A DNA stretch of 64,000 bases from Acidimicrobiia bacterium. Lineage in GTDB: Bacteria; Actinomycetota; Acidimicrobiia; Spongiisociales; ZC4RG35. The DNA is taken from the NCBI GenBank assembly GCA_965203555.1, contig CBDBCY010000004.1, positions 1,440,001 to 1,504,000 on the forward strand, in the 5' to 3' direction. The notes below the pieces were generated by a model, which was not told where the DNA came from, did no database searches, and saw nothing but the letters and a program-made list of their open reading frames with translations. The position numbers and the translations under genes were made by a program. This document shows, piece after piece, positions 1 through 9,619 of this stretch (positions are counted from its first letter, which is position 1; each line of letters begins with the position of its first letter).

Positions 1-140
1 GTATTCATGAACTACAACTCTGCCCACCTCCACCACACGCTGGAGGGCAAACTCGGCGATGGTTGCGGGGGTAGCGGATCATCGGTGGACCCACACCGAG
101 ATCATCGACCGCGTTGCCGGTTCCAACTGAAACCACTACC
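1..140 (+). mobile_element. 3' end of a degenerate IS1-family transposase plus terminal inverted repeat (partial at window edge)
   Basis: Reads FMNYN..H.H.TL, then after a frameshift AMVAGVADHRWTHTEII to TGA 128-130, resembling the IS1-type C-terminus (YNF..H.TL..TPAMAAG..DH.W). It is followed by ccaactgaaaccactacc (123-140), whose reverse complement begins GGTAGTGG as in IS1-family ends. Confidence 0.55.
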
Positions 141-262
141 CGGGTTTGCCCGCATTTGCGACAATGCAACCGGTCAGGTAAAGGTCATCCCCACCAGCAA
201 CAAGGTGGGAATGGTTGCGAGATCGGGATCGACCACCGGGCGGGAGGGGCCGGTGCCCGCGG

Positions 263-985
263 TCAGGTCAGGCGAGCCACCCGGACCTGTGCCTCGGCCA
301 TGTGGAGAGAGGCGACCACCGGATCGATGCAGAACGCGTCGATTTGATCAGCCACCTCGCCGACCAGACCTCCCCACAGCGTGCATCCGAAGAAGACGGC
401 CTCCACATGATCCCGTTCGATCATGGCTCGGGCGGATTCGACTCCCACCGCGTGGAGTTGGCGCCGGAACTGCTCCTCTACGATTTCGGCGGTGACCTCG
501 GTGTTGCCCACCAGCGACTCCTCACCCTCCACGTGCAGGGGCACGAAGACAACCGAAGTAAAGGCCCCCGCAAGCCCGTAGGCGCCGAGCAGGCGGTGAG
601 TCATGTTGGCGATCCGGCGCCGACCATGTTCGTCGGGTGACAGCATGCCGACGGTGGCCCCCCGGCCGGCGGCCAATGCAACCGCGGCCTGGAGCGGACC
701 GATCACCGGAATCTTGACGCAGCGCTGCACCTCCAGCAACGCCGGGTCCGCACAGCATCCGATGATGGCTGCGTCGGCGCCTTCGCGTTCCGCCCGGAGA
801 ACCTCGCCGATCAGTTCGTTCATGTACAGGGGCTCGAGGGGAAGCATGGGTCCGGCGAGTTCGGGGGGCAATTCCAAGTGGCGCACCTCGACGGACACAC
901 CGGCGGAGGCGTGCTTCTCCAAGATGGACAGCATCCGTTTGGTGTGAAGGTCACTTCCGATGGGTTCTATGTAGCGGATCAACAT
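263..985 (-). CDS. Asp/Glu/hydantoin racemase family protein
   Basis: Motifs ADAAIIGCCADPAL, IPVIGP and VFFGCT carry the two catalytic-type Cys. Start ATG 985 follows a GGAGG RBS. Confidence 0.8.
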   Translation of the reverse strand: MLIRYIEPIGSDLHTKRMLSILEKHASAGVSVEVRHLELPPELAGPMLPLEPLYMNELIGEVLRAEREGADAAIIGCCADPALLEVQRCVKIPVIGPLQAAVALAAGRGATVGMLSPDEHGRRRIANMTHRLLGAYGLAGAFTSVVFVPLHVEGEESLVGNTEVTAEIVEEQFRRQLHAVGVESARAMIERDHVEAVFFGCTLWGGLVGEVADQIDAFCIDPVVASLHMAEAQVRVARLT

Positions 986-1119
986 GTGCTCTTCCTCCTG
1001 GACTCGGCGCCTCGATGGCCGGTCGAATATCACACAGGGTTGATCCAGAATATAGTCAGGGCCTGCGGCGTCGCTCCTGGCGGACCGGGACATCCGGTGG
1101 CATCGGTCCCAGTCGACCC

Positions 1120-1908
1120 TCAGCGCAGGCCTGCGGGATAGTCACCGGGAGCGTCGGCTTGCCGGGAGGCTTGCGCGCCGGCGCGGATCAACAGCAGGGC
1201 CACCGTGGGCGTACCGGTCAGGGCCCCGCCGTGCCACACCCCCGCCGGTCTGTAGAAATACCCCTCTCTGTTAAGCTCCGCGACCTCCGGCCCGTTCTTG
1301 AGTTGGGAGGCCTGCCGCCACGTCCCCTCCAGGACGAACACCTCGGTGGGCTCATCATCCACGTACCAACGATCCAGGTGCAGATCGACCGCGGCGGTCT
1401 GCCAGAATAACCCACCCCGCAGCGACGGCCCCAATGGGCGTTGCCGGGAATTGGGCGGTGCCCCCGGCATCCGGGTCCACTCCCGCTCTCCCGCAGCCAC
1501 CGGCGCCGGTCGGTCGACCTCCTCGTCGCCCTCTCCCGGCACGAACCTGAGGGGGGCGCCGGAGAAAAGCAACACGGAAGCGCCTTTGCTGCTCCCCAAC
1601 CCGTTCACAATCGTTCCCCCCCGGGCGCCCCAGAGAGTGTGGGCGATCAAAATGCGGCCGTCAGCTTCTACCTCACCGGATAGAACGAACAGTTCCACAT
1701 CGCCGCTGAAGGAACCAGACCGCAACGTCCCCCAACCCGCAGGTAACTGCAGGAGCCGGGTGGAGGGCCCCGAACCATCGCGGCTCAGGATCCAGGTGGC
1801 CGGCCGGCCCTCCAGGCCGTAGATGGTCATTGGCCGGGACGGGAAATCCCGAGGGTTGGGAAGGGTAAGGGGTTGGAAGCGCCGATCGGCTACGCCGGGA
1901 TCATCCAC
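1120..1908 (-). CDS. Bicupin-fold protein (DUF4437/ChrR-cupin-like)
   Basis: Two cupin-like motifs, ELFVLSGEV and EVFVLEG...YFYRPAGVWHG. Start uncertain (GTG 1908 or ATG 1830). Confidence 0.6.
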   Translation of the reverse strand: MDDPGVADRRFQPLTLPNPRDFPSRPMTIYGLEGRPATWILSRDGSGPSTRLLQLPAGWGTLRSGSFSGDVELFVLSGEVEADGRILIAHTLWGARGGTIVNGLGSSKGASVLLFSGAPLRFVPGEGDEEVDRPAPVAAGEREWTRMPGAPPNSRQRPLGPSLRGGLFWQTAAVDLHLDRWYVDDEPTEVFVLEGTWRQASQLKNGPEVAELNREGYFYRPAGVWHGGALTGTPTVALLLIRAGAQASRQADAPGDYPAGLR

Positions 1909-1924
1909 CTTCCTGGAGTTGCCT

Positions 1925-2794
1925 CTATGAGAAGTCGAACAGTCGCATGGCGTTCCCACCCCGGATGGCGTCACGGTCTGCCGCTGACAGATCGGGCAGG
2001 TAGTTGTCCACCAACGCCAACTGTTCGGGATAGCCGGGTTCCACCGCGATCCATGGGTAGTCCGAGGCCCACATCATCCGGTCGGCGCCGAACATCCCGT
2101 ACACGGCGTCCACCGTCGACTGCAGGTCGGGATGGGGATAAGGTTCGTGGGTAAAGGCGTACTGTCCGGACAGATGTACGTACACGTTGGGGCGGGCGGC
2201 GATCACCTCTATGGTCGGCAGGGATTTGGGCGGAAGCGCCAGGCTGAACCGGGGACGGCCCCACTCGTCGGCTCTGATCTCATCCCAGATGCTGGGGCAG
2301 AACCCCAGGTGGTTGATGACCACGGTCAGATCGGGAATGTGATCCAGCACCCGATCCAGCAGCAATACCTGTTCTTCAGTCGCATAGAACCACAGCTTCA
2401 CCCCGTCGGCGGCCATCTGCTCCAGGACGGGAAACATCTCGATCCGGTCGGCAGGTTGAGTGGGATCGGGATCGAGGTTGAACAGTCGGAAACCCTGGAA
2501 GGGCGTGGCCCGGCGGCGTTCCCGGTAATTGGCGAGTTGATCTTCGGCAGTTACATCCTGCACTCCCACGATGGCGAACAGGTCCGGCCTGGTGGCCACC
2601 ACGTCCCGCACGTACTCATCGTGATGGGAGATCGACACGATAACCGCCTTGTCCACTCCCGCCCGCTCCATGTAACCGAAGTACTCGTCCATCGGCGCCC
2701 GACGCTCCGGCGGCGTCAAACCCGGAAACACATCGCGAGGAAATTGCTCGGAAATCGACTCGAACAGATGGAGGTGGGCATCGACCACCGTCAT
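1925..2794 (-). CDS. Amidohydrolase_2 family protein (lactonase/decarboxylase-like)
   Basis: N-terminal VDAHLH, VINHLG, PNVYVHLSG and RMMWASDYP motifs. Confidence 0.85.
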   Translation of the reverse strand: MTVVDAHLHLFESISEQFPRDVFPGLTPPERRAPMDEYFGYMERAGVDKAVIVSISHHDEYVRDVVATRPDLFAIVGVQDVTAEDQLANYRERRRATPFQGFRLFNLDPDPTQPADRIEMFPVLEQMAADGVKLWFYATEEQVLLLDRVLDHIPDLTVVINHLGFCPSIWDEIRADEWGRPRFSLALPPKSLPTIEVIAARPNVYVHLSGQYAFTHEPYPHPDLQSTVDAVYGMFGADRMMWASDYPWIAVEPGYPEQLALVDNYLPDLSAADRDAIRGGNAMRLFDFS

Positions 2795-3048
2795 GGGAGC
2801 TCCTTTCAAAGACCGTTAGAGATATCGTAACCTCACGCCACCACCGTCAGGCAGGTGGCATCGGGAGCCATGTGGAATACCACCGACACCCGCCTTCGTG
2901 GATTCGGCTGTTGCCCTGTTGTTGGCCCTTGTCTTCCTCTTGTCATTGGCCATCTGGGGACCAGTGGGCGAAACCCCGTCCTATGAATAAAATGCGTCCG
3001 ACCATAAACCTGCCACAAGAAACGTGCTGCTTATCGTAAGCTGAGATC

Positions 3049-3369
3049 ATGTTGCTTTCTACCACTTCTGAAGTTCCAGGACACACCGTCACCGGCTACA
3101 AGGGTGTAGTCATATCACAGGTCACTGCGGGTCGCCACCTCGGGAAAGATGTCCTGGCAGGCGTTCGGGACGTGTTCGGCGGCCGGAGCAAATCTCTGGA
3201 GAAAGACCTGGAGGCGGCCCGCCAGGAGGCTCTCTCGGAGTTGGCGGCCAAGGCGCAGAGGATGGGCGCCAACGCGGTGGTCGGCATCCGGCTCGACATG
3301 GAGAATGTGGGAGGATCGATGCTGCTCTTCGTCGGCCAGGGCACTGCGGTGACGGCCGTCCCCAACTAG
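3049..3369 (+). CDS. YbjQ/UPF0145 family protein
   Basis: 106 aa with DVFGGRS, ARQEALSEL and GANAVVGIRLD, typical of YbjQ. Confidence 0.9.
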   Translation: MLLSTTSEVPGHTVTGYKGVVISQVTAGRHLGKDVLAGVRDVFGGRSKSLEKDLEAARQEALSELAAKAQRMGANAVVGIRLDMENVGGSMLLFVGQGTAVTAVPN

Positions 3370-3430
3370 GGTCCCTTCCCACCGCCTGATTCTCCCGGGC
3401 CGTTCTCATCCACAGGGCGGGTACGCGCTA

Positions 3431-3787
3431 TCAACGGCGGAGCCGAGGCACGCAGTAGAACAGGGCGATCAGCGGAACCACCGAGAAAATCAAAGGCAGC
3501 CACCAGTCACCCCTGGTGACCCCCGCCCGGATCGCCAGGGAGATGAACGCGTCCGACGCCACACTGAGCAGCAGCAGCGCCACGGTGACCCTCACCAGTA
3601 GCCGGGACGCCTCGGCGCCGAACGCCAGAACCAGCAGTGCCACCGCCGCCGCCGGATGGACACCCACCAGGTTCAGCCGCTCCCACCACTGCCCCCCGTC
3701 CGCAAAGCTGCCCACCATAGCCGCCAGGACAACCAGCAGAGTATGCACCACCACCAGCACCCGCACGTACCCGGGAAACCTGCTCAT
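3431..3787 (-). CDS. Small hypothetical membrane protein (about 4 TM helices)
   Basis: Four hydrophobic segments; ATG at 3787. Confidence 0.6.
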   Translation of the reverse strand: MSRFPGYVRVLVVVHTLLVVLAAMVGSFADGGQWWERLNLVGVHPAAAVALLVLAFGAEASRLLVRVTVALLLLSVASDAFISLAIRAGVTRGDWWLPLIFSVVPLIALFYCVPRLRR

Positions 3788-3879
3788 AAACCCAGGGTAC
3801 ATCCCACAATCGATGCAAGCGATCCGCATCTGCTATCTGAGGCCAATCCCGTTCGACCGACCAGCTTCCCGGTGGCAAC

Positions 3880-3901
3880 TGTCACACCCTCTCCCTACCG
3901 T
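3880..3901 (+). promoter_or_regulatory. TGTCAC-N10-TAnnnT promoter motif (PafBC/WYL-activator type)
   Basis: TGTCAC accctctccc TACCGT; same geometry as the motifs at 43702-43723 and 43853-43874. Confidence 0.45.
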
Positions 3902-3979
3902 CCCAGAGAAACACATCAGGAGCAATCCTGGGAACGATACTGACCGTTGTACCACCTCCACACCTCGGAGGAAGTGCAG

Positions 3980-4323
3980 ATGTCGATGGTGGAAGATCAC
4001 TCCACCGCCCGGCGCGGATGGATGATCCCCCGCGCCGAGCAGTTCTTCCCGAGCGATCATCTGCGTACCGAACCGCTGAGGGCAACCCGCAGGACCGCCC
4101 TGGACCTGATGGACCAGGCGCGGGCAGTCCTCGACTCCCTGATGCTGGTTGCCATCTTCCTCATGTCGTTGACCCCGCCGGAGTACGGGAAGCCAAAACG
4201 TCACCACCCAAGCCTATGGGAAAATGGTTGGTGGAGACCCTGCCGGGCAAGATCGACCTTGAGACTCCCAGCCGTCGGGAACCCCCAAGAGAGATACCCT
4301 TTCTGATCCGCGCCGACGAATGA
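3980..4323 (+). pseudogene. Possible degenerate DinB-like gene fragment
   Basis: ATG after GGAGG; helical segment ending LMSLTPPEYGKPKRHHP, with apparent continuation in another frame (KWLVETL). The family call is weak. Confidence 0.25.
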
Positions 4324-4373
4324 GAGGTTCTGCTCGCCATGAAGGAGCGGAGATGAGGTGGCGGGTAAACTGC

Positions 4374-5039
4374 GTGAGGGCTTCCCGGCTTCTGCCCGAA
4401 ATAGCAAAACCGACCGAAAGGCTCAGGGCGATCTCCGACACGTTCATCGGGAAAGGCATATACGACCAGGTCGATGCGGCTCGATTGATCCGCAGGCACC
4501 CTGAAACAGTCGCCCGGTGGACAGATGGGAAGCAGTCGTTGCATCCTGTTTCCCCTTCCGCCTACCTGGAGTTCCTGGACGTGATCAGCCTCTACGTGAT
4601 CTCCCAGCTGCGGGAGCGGGAGGTCTCCCTGAACGACATTCGCCGGGGCCGGGAGTATCTCACCGAGAGGTTGCAAACTCCATATCCTTTTGCGCACCGA
4701 CGGTTGGCCACCGTCGGCACAGCATTCTTCGGCGAGATCGAACAGTGGGTCGATGTTGGCCGGCGAGGCCAAGGGGCCTTCAAAACCATGATCACGGATG
4801 TCCTGGCACCGATCGGATACGGCTCGGACGGACTGGCGAGTGTGTGGAAACCGGCCCCAGGTGTGTGGATCAACCCCCTCATCCAAACAGGCTCACCCTG
4901 TATCGAAGGAACCAGAGTGCCCACTCGGGTGCTGGCGGAGATGGCCGCAGCCGGAGATGATCCCGCCGAGATAGCCGACGACTACGCCTTGGAACTCATC
5001 CAAGTGGAAGCCGCGCTGGCCTACGAACAGGCAACCTGA
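4374..5039 (+). CDS. HTH + DUF433 antitoxin (VapB45/Rv2018-like)
   Basis: IY...DAARL...ETVARW HTH, LEFLDVI, PYPFAH and the DUF433 motif INPLIQTGSPCIEGTRVPT. Start uncertain (GTG 4374, or ATC 4431 after GAAAGG). Confidence 0.85.
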   Translation: MRASRLLPEIAKPTERLRAISDTFIGKGIYDQVDAARLIRRHPETVARWTDGKQSLHPVSPSAYLEFLDVISLYVISQLREREVSLNDIRRGREYLTERLQTPYPFAHRRLATVGTAFFGEIEQWVDVGRRGQGAFKTMITDVLAPIGYGSDGLASVWKPAPGVWINPLIQTGSPCIEGTRVPTRVLAEMAAAGDDPAEIADDYALELIQVEAALAYEQAT

Positions 5040-5050
5040 GCAGAAGTTGC

Positions 5051-5161
5051 GTGGCGAGGGCAGAGTCTTCGTTCAGCTTGCTGTTCGACGAGAGTCTCCC
5101 GTGGAAGGTGGCTGCTGAAAGGGTGATGATCATGGATCCGTCGCGTCAGGATACCGCTTAG
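5051..5161 (+). pseudogene. Truncated PIN-like toxin (VapC45/DUF5615 type), 36 aa
   Basis: MARAESSFSLLFDESLPWKVAA is the PIN N-terminal strand with catalytic Asp, directly after the DUF433 gene; stops at TAG 5159-5161. Confidence 0.65.
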
Positions 5162-5255
5162 CCGCCCACAAGGGGCGTTCCGACTTCCTGGTGAACTCGG
5201 CACACCGAACCGCGCCACCCACTCCCCAACCGTCCATCCGGCGTCAGAACCGTGC

Positions 5256-5867
5256 CTAGCTCAGTTCGGCGGTAGCGAAAAGAACGTGGAAGGGTTTGCA
5301 GTAGATGACCACGGTCAGTTGGTCGGGGATCCGGTAGCCGGCGGGGAAGTCATAGTTCTGCGAACCGATGTTTCCCTTCAGCGGACCCAACTCTATGTAA
5401 CCGGCCGCCTGCAGGGTGGTGCGATCGGTGATCCCGTGCCTCGGGGCAACCAGCACCCGGAGGTCGGGACCGTTGGTCACCTCGATGTCTTCCAACCGAA
5501 GGACTTGGGAGCCGTCTTCCAGTCGGTACGCGGTAACCCCTCCCGAGCCTCTGTGGAAGTCGTCGGCGTCCATGAGGTTCCCCGTCGCCAGGGCCACCGG
5601 TCCCGTGACTTCGGGTTCCTCCGATGCGGGCATCTCCTCGGTGACCATCGTCTCGACGGTCTCGGCTTCCATCATCGCTTCCTCGACCTCCTCGGAGGTC
5701 ATGTCATCGGGGATCACCGCCATGGCCGCGCGGGGGAAGTCCTCCACCACAACCTCGTCTATGAAGAGGGGAGAGATCAGCCACCATGCCGCAACCAGAA
5801 CGGCGACAGCCACGATGGCCGCCACGACCTGTGCCGGTCGCCGTTTGTAGAAGGGGGAACGGTTCGT
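5256..5867 (-). CDS. DM13 domain membrane-anchored protein
   Basis: DDFHRGSG, LRLEDIEVTNGPDLRV, LKGNIGSQNY and VVIYCKPFHVLFATA motifs plus an N-terminal TM. The best-placed start is ACG at 5867 (see findings); fallback GTG 5825. Confidence 0.85.
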   Translation of the reverse strand, partial: TNRSPFYKRRPAQVVAAIVAVAVLVAAWWLISPLFIDEVVVEDFPRAAMAVIPDDMTSEEVEEAMMEAETVETMVTEEMPASEEPEVTGPVALATGNLMDADDFHRGSGGVTAYRLEDGSQVLRLEDIEVTNGPDLRVLVAPRHGITDRTTLQAAGYIELGPLKGNIGSQNYDFPAGYRIPDQLTVVIYCKPFHVLFATAELS

Positions 5868-5920
5868 TTTGCACCTCCTTTGCTCTAGTCCCCGAATCTA
5901 CGGGGATGGCTGTTCTTCTG

Positions 5921-6586
5921 CTAGGAGGTTTCCGCCGTCTCTGCTTCTTTGCGGTTGATCCAAGCCATGTTGATTGGCGCCAGGTAGTACCGAAAGAACT
6001 GCGCCATGTCCTCCAGAATCGAGGGGCGAAGGGTGGCCAGCCCAACCCCGGTCTCCGCCGTTCCGGCCACCGTCATCATCATCCGCTGCCCAGGGAGGTG
6101 GTCGTGAGCGGCCTTGGCGGCGGCGTGCCCGTTCTCGTCGGTTCCACCCGCCATGATCATGCGCATGGCCCTCTCCCCTCCTTTGAGGACATCGGTTCGC
6201 AGCTCCGGCGGCGACAGGAGAATCTGTACCGGTGCGCCTTGGGCGGCCCCCACTCCCACCGCTCCTCTACAGCTGTCACCGTTGACCACCAAACCGCAGG
6301 GGCCCCACACCCGGCTGGTGTGAACGACCATACTCCGCACATCCTCTGCAATTGTGGACGGGTCAGGGTCGCCATCGGACAGACCATGGCCTGACAACTC
6401 CAGGCTCACCACCCGGTAGCCGGCTTCGGACATTCCGCTCGTCAGCGACTCCCACTGGTCCAGGTCGGCGCCGTAGTCATGGACGAATATCACCGGGGGT
6501 CCGGGAGTGGGCCACTCCAGCCCGCGAAGACTCACTCCGCTCTCCCCGACCACCTCGACCGGGATCGGCGTCTCGCTCAGGCCCAT
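5921..6586 (-). CDS. Alpha/beta hydrolase fold protein, atypical nucleophile elbow
   Basis: GPPVIFVHDYG and GYRVVSLELSGHGLSDG; overlaps the stop of the upstream ATPase. Confidence 0.75.
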   Translation of the reverse strand: MGLSETPIPVEVVGESGVSLRGLEWPTPGPPVIFVHDYGADLDQWESLTSGMSEAGYRVVSLELSGHGLSDGDPDPSTIAEDVRSMVVHTSRVWGPCGLVVNGDSCRGAVGVGAAQGAPVQILLSPPELRTDVLKGGERAMRMIMAGGTDENGHAAAKAAHDHLPGQRMMMTVAGTAETGVGLATLRPSILEDMAQFFRYYLAPINMAWINRKEAETAETS

Positions 6587-7557
6587 GTCAAGGGTTGGGG
6601 ATTGAAACAACGCAGGTCCCGCCCGTTCTCCGACACCAGATCCGGATGCTCCTCCCAGCAACGAACCAGCGCCTGGGAGCAACGGGGACTGAACGGACAG
6701 CCCGGTGGGATGAACTGGGGCGGCGGAACCCGGCCCGGGATGGTGTGCAGGGCGCCGCGCTGGTGGCGGGTCTGGGGAACCGCCTGCAGAAGACCCTGTG
6801 TGTAGGGGTGTTGCGGGTCGGCAAACAACTGCTCGACCGTGGCCTGCTCCACGATTTCTCCCGAATACATGACCGCGACCCGGTCCGCAACCGCCGCCAC
6901 CACTCCGAGATCATGGGTGATGAGCAACATCGACATATCCCTGCGCCGCTGCTGGCCCACCAAACGGTCGAGGATCTGAGCCTGCACGGTGACGTCCAAA
7001 GCGGTGGTGGGCTCATCGGCGATCAGAATGTCGGGATCCAACATGAGCGCCATGGCGATCATCACCCGTTGCCGCATGCCGCCCGACAGTTGGTGCGGGT
7101 ACTGGTCCATCCGGGTGTCGGCGTCGGGCAACTCCACTTCTGTCAGCGCCTGAAGGGCGATGGCCCGGGCTTCGGATCGCGTGACCGGACGATGACGCCG
7201 GATCACCTCGATGAGCAAATGCCCGATGGTGAACATGGGATCCAGCGAAGTGAGCGGGTCCTGGAAGATCATGGAAATGTCATCTCCCCGCACCTCCCGC
7301 ATCTGCCTCTCCGGCAGGCTCACGAGGTCCTTGTCGCGGAACATGACCTCACCTCCGGCGATACGGGCGGCCGGGGCGGGTATCAACCCCATCACGGAGA
7401 GAGCCGTCATCGTCTTGCCACAACCGGACTCCCCCACCAGGCCCAGGATCTCATTGGGATACAGGTCGAACGAGACCCCCCTCACCACTTCGAATTGGAT
7501 GCCCTCGGTGCGGATTACGGTGGTGAGATCCCGAACGGAGAGTACCGGCGTCGCCAT
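6577..7557 (-). CDS. Peptide/nickel ABC transporter ATP-binding protein (DppD/OppD-like)
   Basis: GESGCGKT Walker [22 protein letters not shown] and a C-terminal Cys motif. Confidence 0.95.
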   Translation of the reverse strand: MATPVLSVRDLTTVIRTEGIQFEVVRGVSFDLYPNEILGLVGESGCGKTMTALSVMGLIPAPAARIAGGEVMFRDKDLVSLPERQMREVRGDDISMIFQDPLTSLDPMFTIGHLLIEVIRRHRPVTRSEARAIALQALTEVELPDADTRMDQYPHQLSGGMRQRVMIAMALMLDPDILIADEPTTALDVTVQAQILDRLVGQQRRRDMSMLLITHDLGVVAAVADRVAVMYSGEIVEQATVEQLFADPQHPYTQGLLQAVPQTRHQRGALHTIPGRVPPPQFIPPGCPFSPRCSQALVRCWEEHPDLVSENGRDLRCFNPQPLTWA

Positions 7558-8474
7558 CAGGTTTTCCGCAGCCGCGGATTGGCGGCGAGGTATCCCAGAT
7601 CAGCAAGCCAGTTGCCCAACACCACCATTACCACCAATACCAGCGAGAAGAACTGCGCCACCGGATAATCACGACGCAGGACTGCGTTGACCAGCACCTG
7701 GCCCAGTCCCGGCCAACCGAAGATCACTTCGACGATCAGGGCGTATCCCACGATCTGACCGATACGCAGCCCGGCCAGGGAGATGATCGGGATCAGGGCG
7801 TTGCGGAACACGTGCTTGCCGATTACCCGGGCCTCGGAGAGGCCCCCGGCCCGCAGGGTCCGCACCCAGTCGGAGTCGAGGTTCTCCAACATGGCGGAGC
7901 GGGTCATCCGCACCGTCAGAGCCGTGCCTTCCGCCGCCAGGACGATAGCCGGCAGGATCAGCTGCCTGGGCTCGCAGCACCCCGCCGAGGGAAGCCAGCC
8001 CAGCACGCTGGCGAACAGCCAGATGCTCAGCAGGGCAAGCCAGAAATTGGGCACGGCCATGCCCGCCACCGAGAAGGTCATGATCCCCTGGTCCAGGAAG
8101 CGGTTTCGTCTGACCGAGGCCAGCATCCCCAGCGGCACACCCACCAGGAAAACCAGGAGAAAGGCGGCCGCTCCCAGGATGATGCTGTTCCGTCCGTGCT
8201 CGATCACCATCTTGGAAATCAGGGCGTTGTTGGTGAGAGAATTGCCCAGGTCCCCGCTGAGCAGCCGTCCCATGTAGGTGAAATACTGCTGGTAGATGGG
8301 ATCGTTGAGTCCCAGGACCTCCCGCAGGGTTTCCCGGTCGGCCTCGGTGGCCGAGGCCGGCAAACGGGCGGCGGTGGCGTCCCCACCGGACAAACGGATG
8401 GCGTAGAACACCGCCACCGAGGAGATCGCCAGGATGATCAGCATGTAGACGGTGCGGCTGGCCAGGTACCTCAT
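7557..8474 (-). CDS. Peptide/nickel ABC permease (DppB/OppB-like)
   Basis: LGLNDPIYQQY, GDLGNS, HVFRNALIP and RRDYPV motifs. Confidence 0.95.
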   Translation of the reverse strand: MRYLASRTVYMLIILAISSVAVFYAIRLSGGDATAARLPASATEADRETLREVLGLNDPIYQQYFTYMGRLLSGDLGNSLTNNALISKMVIEHGRNSIILGAAAFLLVFLVGVPLGMLASVRRNRFLDQGIMTFSVAGMAVPNFWLALLSIWLFASVLGWLPSAGCCEPRQLILPAIVLAAEGTALTVRMTRSAMLENLDSDWVRTLRAGGLSEARVIGKHVFRNALIPIISLAGLRIGQIVGYALIVEVIFGWPGLGQVLVNAVLRRDYPVAQFFSLVLVVMVVLGNWLADLGYLAANPRLRKT

Positions 8475-9514
8475 GAGTCGATTCCCTTGGCCTCATGCCG
8501 CAGGCGGGGATCGAACACATCCCGCAGGCCGTCTCCGATCAGGCTCACCGACAGCACCATCACCACCAGGGTCAACCCGGGAACCGTGGTCTCCCAGTGG
8601 TTGAGTTGCAGGAAATTGCGCCCCTCCGCCACCATCTGCCCCAGGCTGGGAAGGGGAGGCTGGGCGCCCAAGCCGATGAAGGAGAGAGCCGCTTCCGCGA
8701 TGATGGCCACCGCTACGTAGTAGGAGGCAAGCACCAGGGCAGGCGCCAGGATGTTGGGAAGGAGATGCTTTCGGATGATCCGCCAGTTGGAGAGTCCCCC
8801 CGCCCGGGCGGCTTCGACGAATTCCCGCTCCGACAGCGCCAGCACCTCGCCGCGCACCACCCGGGCGATGGCGGCCATGTTCACCAGTCCCACCGCCAGG
8901 ATCACCGAAGGCAGGCCTTCGCCCAATCCTCCGGCAAACAGCACCGCCACCAGTATCAGGGGAAATCCCCAGATGAAGTCCATCACGCCGCCCAGCGACC
9001 GGTCGGTCCACCCACCCCGGAACCCGGCGAGAGTACCCAAGGCCAATCCCACCACCAGGGCCAGGGCGGTCACCCCCACCGCCACGGCCAGGCTCACCCG
9101 GATGGCGACAAACAGCCTGGTGGCGGTGTCACGCCCCAGATGGTCTGTTCCAAGGACCGCCTCCCCGCTGCGAAGGTGGTCGACCATTTTCGAGAAGGCC
9201 TCGCCGGTTTCCCCCAACTTCGAGATGTCCCTCGTCACGACCGCTTCTCGAAACACCTCGAACGGGGGATCCCAGAAGGGCTTGGCGTGGATGTTGGAGA
9301 AGTTGATCAACTCGTAGTCTCCCCCGATGATGATCGGCCCCACCAGCCCGGAGCCCACTACCAGCACCCCCAGAATCACCCCGGCCAGCAGCAGACGGTT
9401 GCGCACCAGATTGTGCATCCCGCGCCGGAAAACAGAGACGTGTTGACTTTCCTCAAAGTCCAAGAGCCGCTGGTTCCACTCGGCCAGGTAGGACTCGGGA
9501 GTGGAAGCTGACAT
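8471..9514 (-). CDS. Peptide/nickel ABC permease (DppC/OppC-like)
   Basis: LGTDHLGRD, EFVEAARAGG, HLLPN, EAALSFIGLG and GDGLRDVFDP motifs. Confidence 0.95.
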   Translation of the reverse strand: MSASTPESYLAEWNQRLLDFEESQHVSVFRRGMHNLVRNRLLLAGVILGVLVVGSGLVGPIIIGGDYELINFSNIHAKPFWDPPFEVFREAVVTRDISKLGETGEAFSKMVDHLRSGEAVLGTDHLGRDTATRLFVAIRVSLAVAVGVTALALVVGLALGTLAGFRGGWTDRSLGGVMDFIWGFPLILVAVLFAGGLGEGLPSVILAVGLVNMAAIARVVRGEVLALSEREFVEAARAGGLSNWRIIRKHLLPNILAPALVLASYYVAVAIIAEAALSFIGLGAQPPLPSLGQMVAEGRNFLQLNHWETTVPGLTLVVMVLSVSLIGDGLRDVFDPRLRHEAKGIDS

Positions 9515-9551
9515 TACGGGTTCAGTGTAAATACCGATGTCCGGGAAATTG

Positions 9552-9600
9552 AACAAAAGAGAAATCCCCGCCCCCGGCGGCGGGGACGAGGAGTTCTCTC
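9552..9600 (-). terminator. Stem-loop with U-tract after the substrate-binding gene (attenuating or stabilising)
   Basis: Minus strand reads tccccgcc-gccggg-ggcgggga followed by tttctcttttgtt. Confidence 0.6.
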
Positions 9601-9619
9601 AATCGTCGGATCGGGTCTT

